64,000 nucleotides of DNA from NCBI GenBank assembly GCA_977020255.1, contig CDROCS010000652.1, positions 1-64,000 of the forward strand, read 5' to 3'. Every line of letters begins with the position of its first letter. The first letter of the stretch is position 1. A program made the translations under genes and the position numbers. This document shows, piece by piece, positions 26,422 to 38,030 of this stretch. Origin of the DNA: Obrimoposthia wandeli. Taxonomy: Eukaryota. The notes beneath the pieces were generated by a model. It saw nothing but the letters and a program-made list of their open reading frames with translations. It searched no databases and was not told where the DNA came from.

Positions 26422-28010
26422 TTAAACTAATAAAAATAAGAAAAAAACAACCAAAAAAAAACAAATATAGCTAAACCAGTTTAAACCCATAAAAACAAAA
26501 GAAAAATAATTATTTAAACCCCCAATAAAACTAGGAAAAAACAATACTTGGTCAAAATATAAATAAAAAAACCACCCAAGATTGAACAAACGATTAAAAA
26601 ATCTTTTAAAAAAACCTAAAAAGAACAACTCTGAAAAATAAAAATTAGAAAATTTTTTCGTAGAAAAAAAATACCAAAAAATACCAACACCAAAACAATA
26701 AACGCCATATTAAATGATAAATTAATAAAATAATTTGAGTAGTTAGTTAATACCAAAGAAACAAAAAAACAACCCAAATAAAGAGGTAAAAAAAGAAAGA
26801 CTGAAAATTTAATAGGGCCTTTAACAACTGAATTATTATTGAAAAAAGATAATAGTAGTACATTTACTAAACGAAAAGAATAAACAATGGTTACTACTAT
26901 AGAACCAAATAATAAAATATCATAGAAGATTTTTATTGGCATTCTGTTAAGAGAAAAAACAAAAGAATCCTTTAATATATAACCCGATAATACAGGAAAA
27001 CCAGAAAGAGTTAAAACAGAAACAATTAAGTTTATCTTAATAATTGGTGTTATAGCCGTAGAACCCAAAGAACGTACATCTTGGTTGTGAAAAACATTTA
27101 ACATAGAACAACCAATAGATATAAACATAAGAGCCTTAAAAACAGCATGGGTTAACAAATAAAAAAAATATATAAAAACCAGAGCTAAAAATTAAAAGCA
27201 TAAAGCCAAGTTGTCTCAAGGTAGAATAGGCCACAACCTTCTTTGAGTCAAATTCAAAAAACCCACAAATACCAGCATAAAACATGGTTATAAAAGCTAA
27301 TAAAGATAAAAACCAACCAAACCCTTCAACTAGATAGTTTAAACGAAATAAAACAAACAACCCGGCAGTTACAAGTGTAGAAGAGTGAACTAAATAAGAT
27401 ACTGGTGTGGGAGCTGCCATAGCCAAAGGCAACCAACTCCTAAAAGGAAAAATAGCACTCTTAGTAAACCTGGCAAAAATTAAAAAAAACCTAACAATAA
27501 ACAAGTAATCTATAGTAAGAAATTTCAAGGAACCTTGTTTAAACAACAAACAAATACCAAGTAAAAACAAAGCATCCCCAAAACGATTAACCAAAAAAGT
27601 CTTCATACCAGAAAAAAAAGACCTGTTCCTACTGTACCAGATAACCAAAATAAATCTAGTAAAACCTAAGCCATCCCAACCAACTATAAAACTAAAAAAA
27701 TCAGGGAAAACAATCAAAAAAACCATAGAAACTACAAAATGTTTAAGAACAACACTGAAATTAATATTTTTTTTTATATAATAATAAACAAAGAAAAAAA
27801 CACTAGAAACAATTAAAAACAAAATCTGAAGAAAAGAGATCCTAAAAAAATCAAAAAACAACCAAATCTTAAAAAATTTTAGTTTAAATATAGGAAAAAT
27901 TTCAAAAGAACTAAAAAAAAAACCCAAAAACCTTAAAATAATAGACAAAAAAAAATAAATAAAAGAAATAAATAAGTTTATAAAATAAAGAAAGCCAATA
28001 AAACCCCCAA
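26422..28010 (-). pseudogene. nad5: nad5 second copy, at least two frameshifts
   Basis: Three ORF pieces align to copy 1. Confidence 0.92.
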
Positions 28011-28067
28011 CAACTTTAATTTAAAAAAAAAGCTTTATACACCTGTTTAATTTTTACATAAAACGTT

Positions 28068-28529
28068 TTAAAACTTTAAAGGGCGTAAAGCACCTTTAGT
28101 CCTAGATAGTAAATTTTTTATAATAAATAGAATAAAAAGTATATAAACACTCAAAAACACCAAACATTTTGACTCCCCTAAACCACTGAAAAATTTAATA
28201 GAAAAAGAAGATTCCCAGAAAAAGAAAGAAAAATTTAAATAAAGACCAAAAAAAAAACCTAGAACCTAAAAAAAACTCAAAAACTCAAAATAAAGTAGTA
28301 GTGTTATTCAAAAACAAGGAGGGGTTAGAATTAAGACCTAAGAAATATAAAAAAAGAACCAATAAACCGCCAATATAAAGAAGGAAAAAAACAATTCTAA
28401 ACCAAAAGTTTTTATTTAATAACATAACGAAAAAAACATTTAAAGCTAGACAAAAAAAAATGTTTTTAAATTTTTTAATAAAAAAAAAATTAAGCCTAAA
28501 AAAATAAAAAACAGGATAGTTATAACCAA
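28068..28529 (-). pseudogene. nad6: nad6 second copy with an internal deletion
   Basis: Aligns to 9431-9910; deletion near 28455. Confidence 0.88.
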
Positions 28530-28539
28530 ATAAAATTTT

Positions 28540-28572
28540 AAAAATACACAATTCAGTTTTGGCGCAACTCAT
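28540..28572 (-). pseudogene. First 11 codons of the Polinton major capsid protein, truncated by mtDNA
   Basis: MSCAKTELCIF resembles the CxKSELDLF N-terminus of Polinton MCP and directly follows the pX-like gene (overlapping ATGA). Confidence 0.7.
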
Positions 28573-28946
28573 TTTGCAAATATTGTTCCTTCAACTTTCT
28601 TACGTTTGTTTATATTGATTTTTTGCTTCTTTTTACTTTTAAATCCACTACCTCTTTGGCTTTTATTTGATTTACGTTTTCTAATCAAATTAGCAACTTC
28701 AGGTAAAACATTATCAAGTTCATCAAGCGCATGCTTCTTAAAAGTTGGTATTAGTTTATTGTCCTTAGATGAAAGGTAATCCTTTCCTAATTTAGATATA
28801 AATCGCCCGAGTCTCTTTAAAAGAGGAAAGGCAAATCTACCTAATGTTCTAAGCCAGCCAGATCCATATTGTTTACCAACAAAATATGGTAATTCTCCAC
28901 CTTGTTGGCTTTGGCTATAAGCTTCAATTATTGCTGGATTCGCCAT
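28569..28946 (-). CDS. Small basic pX/GasderminX-like Polinton protein
   Basis: QYGSGWLRTLGRFAFPLLKRLG amphipathic motif, QRGSG and a Lys-rich tail; position between penton and MCP. Confidence 0.7.
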   Translation of the reverse strand: MANPAIIEAYSQSQQGGELPYFVGKQYGSGWLRTLGRFAFPLLKRLGRFISKLGKDYLSSKDNKLIPTFKKHALDELDNVLPEVANLIRKRKSNKSQRGSGFKSKKKQKININKRKKVEGTIFAK

Positions 28947-29987
28947 TTTGTTTTCTTAAATGTATTGTTAAACTTGTCTTGGCCCCGTACGTGAAATCTA
29001 TTAGTTGTCCGGAATCATCTCTAATATTTACTTTAATATTGTTTATAGAAAAGAGAGAAACTGGAAGATACATTGGTTGATCTATACACATACCGACAGC
29101 GTCCCCATCTCTAGTTTCATTTTTAGATATCCATATTGTTCTCAAAAGTGGAACTCTCTGTCCTCCTACAAGCGTTAGTTCTATTAAATTAGTATAAATA
29201 TATAAATGATTAACAGCATTTAAAGGTTTTGCCTTATTTTTAGCTTTTATGGTTTTTATTGTATGGGTTTCAAAGGTATTACTGTTTAAACCAAGGTTTT
29301 TAGCGAATTTATCATCAAATAAAACTCGTATTATATTGCTCTTTACTGTAAACGTTATTTTACCATTTTTTAATGTTACACATTTATCGAAATATTCACT
29401 ACATTCCTTCTGTATTAATTTACAGAAATTCACTTCACTATCTAATTTATAATCTTTAGAAAACATTTTCAGTTCCACTACATACTTTGGTCTCGTTTCA
29501 ACTAAGAACACTTTTGTTACTCTATCAGGAACATTTTTAAACGATTTAGATGAGGCTATATCAGATCTCTTCATACCTACTACATGTTCACTGTCAAAAC
29601 CGAATTGAAGAGCTTCTCTATCAGATCCAAATATAATTTGAATAGGTTTTAAAAAATGTTTTAGTCTATTTTTAAATCTGACTTTGTTTTTTCATATATT
29701 ACTTTCACTTCTTTATCTATACAATTGTAATAGAATTTTCCTTTACTATCAAACCCAATCACAACTTCAATTGATTTTTCATGGTCAACTTCTTTTGTAA
29801 ACGAAATATGTGAGTTTTTTCTGATAGTAAATGGAGAATAATAAAAGGAAAATTCTGTTAAAGCCGCTTCCCATTCTCCTTGGAGATTTATAGGATTTTC
29901 CCAATCGATAATAAAGCTACTAGCGTAATTATATGGTTGAGTCTTCGGACATCCGTTCCTAGGTAAAACCATATACATAGACTTCAT
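28924..29987 (-). pseudogene. Polinton minor capsid protein (penton), one frameshift at ~29660
   Basis: N-term LP.N...PINLQGEWEAAL; C-term YIYTNLIE...PLLR...P.YLPV...IRDDSGQLIDF. Confidence 0.85.
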
Positions 29988-31013
29988 ATTATATTAGATG
30001 CTGATATCCAAGTTGAATCTGAATAACCATTCCATTTAACATAGTATTGTTTATGTTTACCGGCACCCTTAGATTTAAATATTTTTTGAATACGGAAAAC
30101 GCTAGGTTTATTTGATATTACTTGTAGTTCTTGCTCGTAAAATTTACCGTGAACGATATTATTGTCAGCATCTTTAATAGTATACATTATTGGATTACTC
30201 TTTTGATCAATTTTACTTATACAAAATATTTCATCGCTCCAATTCTGATCAAAGTTTTTAATAAATGGAGTAGAGCTAATTTTCGAAATTCGGACATATT
30301 CGTTTTTCTTATATTTAGCTTTTTTAATATTTTCTATTTTATTCCTGTTCATCCAAATATCCATAGAATATTTATTAGTAACATCAACAGGTCTCATTTT
30401 CTTGAGACCTCTATGTTCCTAGTGATTATATGCATGTATTATTTTAGGTAAAACTTGGATCCATTTTTTATTTCCTTCTTTTGTGAAATACTTTTTTATT
30501 CGATCTCTTAAAGTACAATTAAATCTTTCTACTACTGCTGCTTTATACTGTGAAAACACAGAGTAGTGATTTATATTATTTTGTTTAAATAAAGATTGAA
30601 CTTGCTTATTATAAAATTATTTTCCTAAATCAGTTTGCACATTTTGTGGAATGTCCTCTTTTAATATTTCTTTAATGGCTTCAAGCATAGCTATTGAAGA
30701 CTTTGCTTTAACTGGAATTGCACGAGCAAACCTGCTAAATACATCAATACATGTTAAATATATATCGATATCCCTTATTAATGGAAAAATATGGGATCAT
30801 CTCCATCAAATCCATTTGCCATAAATTATTAGGACCGCTGGTTTTGTAAGCTCTAGTTGGAAACCTTCTTCTCATCAGCTTGTTCAGACTGTAGGCTAAC
30901 TGGTTACTCAGCCATTTCTGCGTTTTCTTATATTTTTGTTTTGTTCTTTTTGCTAATTTTGAAACTCCGGTGTAGCCAATTGGATCTTTTGGGTTGAACC
31001 ATATCTTCTCCAT
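29984..31013 (-). pseudogene. Polinton retroviral-type integrase with C-terminal chromodomain
   Basis: WQMDL, QTDLG and VVERFN (DDE); WSDEIF, G.FYEQEL and YYVKWNGY; frameshift at ~30760 plus stops. Confidence 0.92.
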
Positions 31014-31099
31014 TACAACAATTTGAATAGAAAGATAATTTAAATTTAGGTAAAGAAGGGTTAGCACCCATATCTTTAACTGATTTTATAAATAATTGT

Positions 31100-31431
31100 C
31101 TATGGACGTGTCGCAGCTTTAATACTACTGATAATTGAAGCAACAACTGGAATAACAGCCCCTATGAAACCACCATTATGTTTAAGAATAATATTTCGTT
31201 TCCTTTTTTTACTTTTTACATTAGCAATATCTAGAAGAGTTTTTTCTATATTTCTTTAATATATTTTTCTGATTTCCAACTTTTACTCGACCCAAAACTA
31301 TATTATACAAAACTTCCAATAAATCATCTACAACAAAAGATGGAAATGCTTTAAGAATAATCATTCTCTTATGAGAAGAGGCTTTGACTAAAGCTTTAAA
31401 AAAGGGTATGCTTCTTTGTATTTTTCTTCAT
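31100..31431 (-). pseudogene. Basic core-protein-like Polinton gene, frameshifted
   Basis: MKKNTKKHTLFKAL...ILKHNGGFIGAVIPVVASII; the GGF motif is typical of Polinton core proteins. Confidence 0.55.
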
Positions 31432-31496
31432 TTTAATAAAAAAGGTTCAATTTAAATATTGTTTATATTCGAAGCCATTTAAGTTTTTTTTTATTT

Positions 31497-32114
31497 CTAA
31501 CTACAGATTTGATTAATTTTTTCACTGTCGGTTAAAACACGTAAATCATCTGGGCAAGCTTGTGTAAAGTCAATAAATATATACCCATGTGCTTGTTTAG
31601 CAGCATCGTGGAATGAATCAACTAGAAAGTTCTTATTTTGGGGAAATGCCTGTCTGGTAACGAAATCAACAACTGTTTGATCTCTAGGATTTTTAAATAA
31701 AACTAAGTAATGTACATTAATATTTCTTGTTCTATGGTGACCTCCTTGGTGAAAAAGATTTTGAGTGATAAATATAACTGTTACTTCACGATGTCTTGCA
31801 ATCTTTGTAAATAAATTATTAAAGTCCGATTCCTTGTTAGCCTCCTCATACAAATCATCAATTATTATTACATCTTCTTTTTTCAATCTTTCACACCAAT
31901 TTGGATCAAATCCTTCAATAAATTGTATTCCCTTCAACTTGCAAACTTCTGTTTTGGTTAATCCGCTTTCCCCTCCTCCACCATGATGCCAATAAATATT
32001 TTTGAAACTAGATTTGAAAATAGATTCATTTTGCAACAATTTACATACGAAATGTGTCTTTCCACTTCCCCTGGGACCAACTATTTGAAATACAGCATTA
32101 TTATTTAGCTCCAT
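31497..32114 (-). CDS. A32/FtsK-like genome-packaging ATPase
   Basis: Walker A GPRGSGKT, Walker B VIIIDD, ARH, ITQNLF and LVLFKNPRD. Confidence 0.93.
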   Translation of the reverse strand: MELNNNAVFQIVGPRGSGKTHFVCKLLQNESIFKSSFKNIYWHHGGGGESGLTKTEVCKLKGIQFIEGFDPNWCERLKKEDVIIIDDLYEEANKESDFNNLFTKIARHREVTVIFITQNLFHQGGHHRTRNINVHYLVLFKNPRDQTVVDFVTRQAFPQNKNFLVDSFHDAAKQAHGYIFIDFTQACPDDLRVLTDSEKINQICS

Positions 32115-32436
32115 TGCATATACTCTTTCATTTAATATTGTTTATATTATTATAGAAGTTTCCTTATTGAAATGTACAATGTTAGAGCTATTGTAGATGA
32201 AATACAAAAATGAATTAATGAATATTTGGCTATAATTTTATTTATTTGTGTACGATTTCTAAATTCTCGAATAACGTGTTATCTAACCAATATTTCAATG
32301 TTATCTCTTGTTATATCATTATTTTTTAATTCTGATAAAATTTCTTTACCCCTTATTTTTCAAGAAAATATTTCGTCGGCAAGACGATCCACTTCATTGT
32401 CTCTATTTATAGTATTATTCATTTGAAACAATAAGT

Positions 32437-33030
32437 TTAAACAGGTTTGTTTATAGAAAAAGATAACAAGATGTAATAAGATATATTATCTAAAATCAAA
32501 TCAACAATGTCTGGATAATCAAAATTTTTCAATCCCAATATCATAAGTTTACCACTGGAAAATATATTTACACATAGCGGTTTAAACTTCAAATAACTGA
32601 GAGCAGGAAAAATTTCTGGTTCATACATGCATTCTTCTTTCATTTTCTCTGCAGTTTTAAAAAGATTTATCAGTTTCCCAAGATTAGCCGAAATCGTGAT
32701 TGATTGTATTGCAGTGATTCGAATTCCAAATGGCAAATTGAACCCAAGCATTGGTATTTTGCATCCCATAACACGACAATTTCCTAAAAGAATTCAATAT
32801 GAAAATAAATAAACTAACCTGTATGAAAAATAACAACTGTGAAATTGTCAAACTTTTCCACATATTGTCTCGGCTTCCATTCATTGAATGGTAAGTATGA
32901 AACATCATATTCTTCTTTATATATTTCTGAACCTGCTTTTTTATTGCACGTTTCTTGTAATTATCTTGCAAACCTATTATAATTGGATGATATATTTAGT
33001 CCAATCAAATTCAATGCGTTTGTTATATTA
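32437..33030 (-). CDS. TATA-binding-protein-like gene with a 35-nt intron (32784-32818); 5' end uncertain
   Basis: Repeat 2: YEPEIFPAL...PLCVNIFSSGKLMILG. Splicing restores repeat 1: TVVIFHTGNCRVMGCK. An in-frame TAA lies near 32960. Confidence 0.75.
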
Positions 33031-33034
33031 ACCA

Positions 33035-33550
33035 ATGAGATTCATGTTTTTGTTAGAAATTAGTATAAAAGAATGGGCCATTGGAGGACAAATCACAGTA
33101 AATGCATTCATATCAAGACAATTATCAACGATGGAGGATAGCCAACGGGTATTAAGCGGTGACGAAGATTCGGAAATATTTGAAGAATCGGATAAGGATA
33201 TGTATGAAGAAGTGAAACAATATTTCAAATACAAAGTCAGATTCTTGAAGAAGGCTCAACTGATTGCTTTAGTAAATCCTGTGACAATTGAAAGAAGAAA
33301 GTTCAGCTACTATCTATCAAATATTCAAAAACCAGATTTTCAATATCTTAAACAGAAAATTGAAAAGGCAGTTCCGAATTTTACTTTCAATAAGAACGAA
33401 TTTTATATCCGAGGACACGATGAAGCATTTCTAGATGACTATGGAAGATATGTTGATATTGATGCGTTTCCGAAAAAGAAGCAAGGGACTGTAACAATTC
33501 GACTTTATGGTTACAAAAAAGATGAAATTAGAACAAAGTTGCCTATGTAG
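33035..33550 (+). CDS. Hypothetical 171-aa protein divergent from the TBP-like gene
   Basis: Open ORF with an acidic patch; no family recognised. Confidence 0.5.
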   Translation: MRFMFLLEISIKEWAIGGQITVNAFISRQLSTMEDSQRVLSGDEDSEIFEESDKDMYEEVKQYFKYKVRFLKKAQLIALVNPVTIERRKFSYYLSNIQKPDFQYLKQKIEKAVPNFTFNKNEFYIRGHDEAFLDDYGRYVDIDAFPKKKQGTVTIRLYGYKKDEIRTKLPM

Positions 33551-35029
33551 AAAATTGAAGGTGCTCATATCCCTATGTTTTAACTATTTATTTTCCTTTT
33601 ATTTTGCATGTAATAAATTGTAATCGGTTTTATTCATTTTATTCGCTGAAGGTTTGATGCTCCGGGAGTCTCTTGAAATAGAAAATATTTAGGCTTCATT
33701 GGTTTATCTCCAAATGGCGAACAAATCATACTTCCACCTAAAGACTGGTAGTGAGACCTTAGCATGCACGCACAAACCAGTCCTCATTACGGCTACACAA
33801 GAAAAGGACAAGAGGGATTCTAACTTTTTGTTAGAGTTTTTGGGGGTTTTAAAACGTTTGCTACTTACTACTTAAAGCAACATATACTTGTAAAATTTAA
33901 TTCCAAATTTTATTTAACTACTTATCAACATAAGTAGTATATGTTTTACTGAACTTTATTAAACTATCTACTTATCAATTGTTTCTTCTTCACAAATTTT
34001 TACCTCTAACGTATTTTCGATAAAACCTTTTGATCTTCAAAATTTTTACGTTTAACATATTTTCTCTATTAAAGTTATATTTAATTTTTTGTTGTGGTTT
34101 TAATTCATCAATTTCAATACGCGCAAATTCAAAATTTTAATTCTAAATACATGTTTGTTCCGGTTACGAGTATTTAAAAAGTGATTTTACTGCATCATAA
34201 AATAAAATAACAAGATAGTTTCAATTATTTAAGCGTACTACAATTAGGGCATAACTTCATCTTTCAAAATACATCTCATATTTTATCTTATCTCCTCATA
34301 ATAAATTGCATAACTTCCTCACCTCTCCATATATCCTTCAACATAATATAAGACTGAACATAAGCTTTCTAAAGAAACTTGTACAAAACTATATTATGAC
34401 ATCTTCAATTGCATAGATGTTAAACTGAAATTATAGATTTTTCATACATTAATCATGAATATTCTACATGTTATTGATTATTATACAAATAAATTTTCAC
34501 CAATTATTACAGTCATTAAATCTCAAGAACTTAAAAGTCAATCATTGTTAAAGCAGTGATATTTCTAATGTAGAAATAAAAGTGATGTTTGGAAGATAAA
34601 TTAACAAGATTTAAATTGATTAAGAATTGAAATTAAAGCATAGAGGATATATTAACGTTATGTTTAGATAGTTTAAAGGTTAAAGGATGCGTTCAAAATG
34701 TTTCAGAAGAGGAGAAGGGTTTAGAGGGAAATTTAGAGGCGGTTTATAAGATAAATTTTTACATAGAAGGGTCTTGAGCAGTATTATAGAGAATACCATA
34801 TTATTATAGTCTCTGTGTTCTATTTCCTTGCTCTATTCAAAATTATTTTGCAAATTTTTGCATTAACCAATCAGAACACATTTAAACTCTATTCTAATTT
34901 ACTTAATTCGCTGTGGATTACTAAGTTTTTGCTGCAATTGCTCCATCTAATCGCCCTCCCAAGTATATTTACTATATTTAAAACCCATTACTATACGTTA
35001 CCTTTGAAAAAATGAATTATTCCCCCAAA

Positions 35030-35600
35030 ACTTGGATATCAGTATTATATTTAAATACATTAATACTCTAGTTATTTATGTGTTCATATCTTGATATCAC
35101 ACTTGACATTTATTCCATAATACTGCAATTCATTTAAAAAAGAGTGTATTTACTGAACACGCTATCTGTTTTCAGTAGTTACATCCATTTTGAAGATGAA
35201 CAATACGCTATACAGGAAGAAAAGGTTATCAATGTTTTGTACGTTAACAATTGAATGTGAAAGTTAAAGATATATATGTGAAGGAATGTATGAAATCCCC
35301 GAAACATAAATCATATCAATGAATTTGTTAAAACAAAGCTAACATCGTAAATTCTAACTAGAGTCCATCCACTACTTAACTCGCTATAACTAGCAATTTT
35401 TTCATATAAATTTCTTCCAATCTCAGTTGCAATGTTATTGTAAAAACTGTAGTTTCATGTGAAATTGCCTAAGTTTTAGTTTCCCCATTTTCAAACTGCA
35501 CTGCACAAATCTGAACCTTAGCATGTCTAATTTATTCACTTCTGATTTAAAAAAAATCTCAATATTTGAATCCACATCTACGTTTAATAAAATTTTATTT
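35030..35600 (-). pseudogene. Protein-primed DNA polymerase B N-terminal remnant
   Basis: YSELSSGW and SIVNVQNIDN.FFLYS; paralogous to 57100-57300. Confidence 0.72.
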
Positions 35601-35644
35601 CCCATGGGTACCTTAACTATAACATGTTTGTTTTAGATGATACT

Positions 35645-36560
35645 CTATAGTAGCATCGTTTCCCAACGTTTTTTTGGTGGGTCCTTATTAAGAAATTGGC
35701 CTCGCCTCTTTCTTTCCACTGTTGCCGACAAATCTCCCCCTAATTGAATAAGAAGACAACTAATTTCATTTACAAATCCTGCTTCATTTGTTGATGGTGC
35801 TACTGAAGTTGAAGCTGAAAATGCAGTTTTGCTGCTGATGTCGATGGAATGAATGTAGATATTGTAAATGAATCTGAGGCAATTGTAGGTGATGTGCATG
35901 TTGAGGAAGTATAAGTGGCTGGAGCCATCCCGAATCCAGAAGCTGCTGATGTCACCACTGATAGTGATGACGTTGAAGATGAAGTTGTTAAAATATCAAT
36001 AAATATATTAAATAATTAATAATCAACCTCTGAAGTCGGTTAAAGGTGATACTGGTGCCATCATCAATGAATATGGCATTGCCGTCGAGGAAAAACGCGA
36101 TGAGACTCTTGTGGAGGCCGATGAAGCATATGTTGAATCAAATATATTAAGTAAATTATATTTATTTTAAGCATTACCTCTAAGGCGTGCAAACATTGAT
36201 GTAAGCACTCGCGCTGAAGGGAGTATTTCTTGTCTCAAGGAATTTCCTGATAAAATAAATAATATTAAATAAATCATATCATTTTTTTTAATCATAACAA
36301 ATAATAACCTTTAAAACATGACATATTTAATTTATATGTAAAAAATCCTAACAAGAATTACCTTATGAAGCCGATCCAAATGCAACTAGTTGGAAGTCTT
36401 CTTCGTCGACAGCATCCATCAAGCTGTCATCAGTTAGCTGGAAATATGATTAGTCGATTTCGTCTTACTAGCTGTTGTCACTCCACTGAGGATGCTCCAT
36501 CTCGAAATATGACTGGATGATTTGATCCATCCAGTCATCCAGGTAGCAATAAGTTTGATT
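35645..36560 (-). pseudogene. Degenerate spliced gene with Ser/Thr-rich exons
   Basis: GC-richer exons separated by short AT-rich GT-starting introns (36247-36308 is canonical GT-AG); internal stops. Confidence 0.45.
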
Positions 36561-36605
36561 TAGCCTCCCTGCAATTGTGACTGAGAAAGTAGACGTCAGG
36601 AGAAT

Positions 36606-37250
36606 TGATCCATTTTTACTTTATAATAAAGTATTGAAGAACCTGTGTTACAGTGACCTATATTTGCTTCACAAAATGGAATTGTTACCATTGTGTTTGT
36701 GGAAGGGTCGAATGTTGCTTTGAAAGTTCTTAATTCGACTTCAAAAATTTTAATAACTACTAAACCACTTTGCTTAACTCCCATTACGACATAAGTTCTT
36801 CTTGTACATGCACTATCAGATTTAATCGTACCTACAACTGATATAATTTGTTGAATTATTTTTCGTTGCTCGGACTTTAATTTCTATATATATTCTCAAT
36901 TTTCCTGTTGCGAAAGCATCTTTACAATTTAAGGTGTCAACTATTAATGGTGTTTTTCCTAGTGTAGGTTTTACTATTGAATTGTGACTATGTTGTCCAC
37001 AATATGTTATAAATGTCTCTACGTGTACTCTGCATTCAAAAACTTCTACATATATAAAATCTGTTTCCTAATATACTTGATATAACTCAGTATTTTTGAT
37101 TTTTACCTCATTTGAGTCAGCGTCTGCACATTGCTGTAAGTCCATTAAACAATTTTTATTTAGAATTTTATATTTTGAACAGTCATATGCTTCTAAAGCA
37201 TTAATTGGTTTTATCGTGTTATTAATTAAACATATTGTTAATATAATCTA
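36606..37250 (-). pseudogene. Chuvirus-like glycoprotein (env), N-terminal fragment
   Basis: Signal-like peptide then LEAYDC, FECRV, YCGQHSHNS, C.D.F.TG and FCEANIGHC, the Cys pattern of Jingchuvirales G. Confidence 0.7.
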
Positions 37251-37768
37251 AATAATTTTCCATAAATTCTGTATTATTTTATTGAAATTATTTATTTTTA
37301 AAGATTTTGGATTTGTGTTTTTTTTGTGTTTTTCGTTTTTTTATGTTTTGCTTTCTTTTTTTGTGTTTGAGTAGTTTGGTTTGTTTTTGTTATTGTATAT
37401 TTATTCTTTTGCAATGCGAGGAACCAAATTTTAAAAGAAAATTATAGAATGGAACATGACTATGTTTTGGAAAACAAAAAGTATGTTTGATCTTACAAGG
37501 CTTGTGCGCAAAGCTACAAACACCTCAACTCCAAAAATAAACTGTATGTTATCAATACGCAAAATAAATTAAATCAAAATGTAAAATATGTTTAATTTTT
37601 AACTATTAATTTGTTAAAATATAGGGCTTAGTCAATAAACAATCAAAATATCAAAAAAATAGAGTACCTAATGCGTAAATTAATTATGATTTGTAAAACT
37701 GAAGAGCCTAATCAATAATCAATTTTGACTTAAAAATTTAAATTAAGAATTTTAAACAAACAATATAT

Positions 37769-37816
<48 letters not shown>

Positions 37817-38030
37817 CAACTTTTAAATTATTAATTTTCCTCAAGTTTGATAATATTTAAAATTTTAAAAAAAAATGTAATCAATTAAGAATTATTCAAA
37901 ATGTAAAATACAGAGTGTATTAAGAAAGTTAAATAATATAAAATATAAGACACAAATCGATACGATAATATAAATCACTGTAACGAAATTTTAATAAATA
38001 AATGACTTTGTTTTGTTGTCCGGTTCCTTT

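Larger units (their letters stand above)
28540..33550 (-). mobile_element. Polinton/Maverick (adintovirus-type) structural module, degenerate
   Basis: Co-oriented ATPase, basic core protein, integrase, penton, pX-like gene and MCP start. Confidence 0.92.

Noticed and set aside
32437-32769. Host TBP gene
   Set aside because: It is far too divergent from the highly conserved cellular TBP core and is embedded among Polinton genes.
37415-37430. TGGTTCCTCG as a second PBS (also 46135-46146 and a similar word at ~53350)
   Set aside because: It is not preceded by a recognisable LTR end, and the tRNA match is too short.
37775-37812. (TA)n and (CA)-rich tracts (also 46493-46514, 59090-59150 and 59731-59760) and (GATTTCGG)3 at ~55432-55457
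   Set aside because: Ordinary microsatellites; not telomeric and with no higher-order structure.
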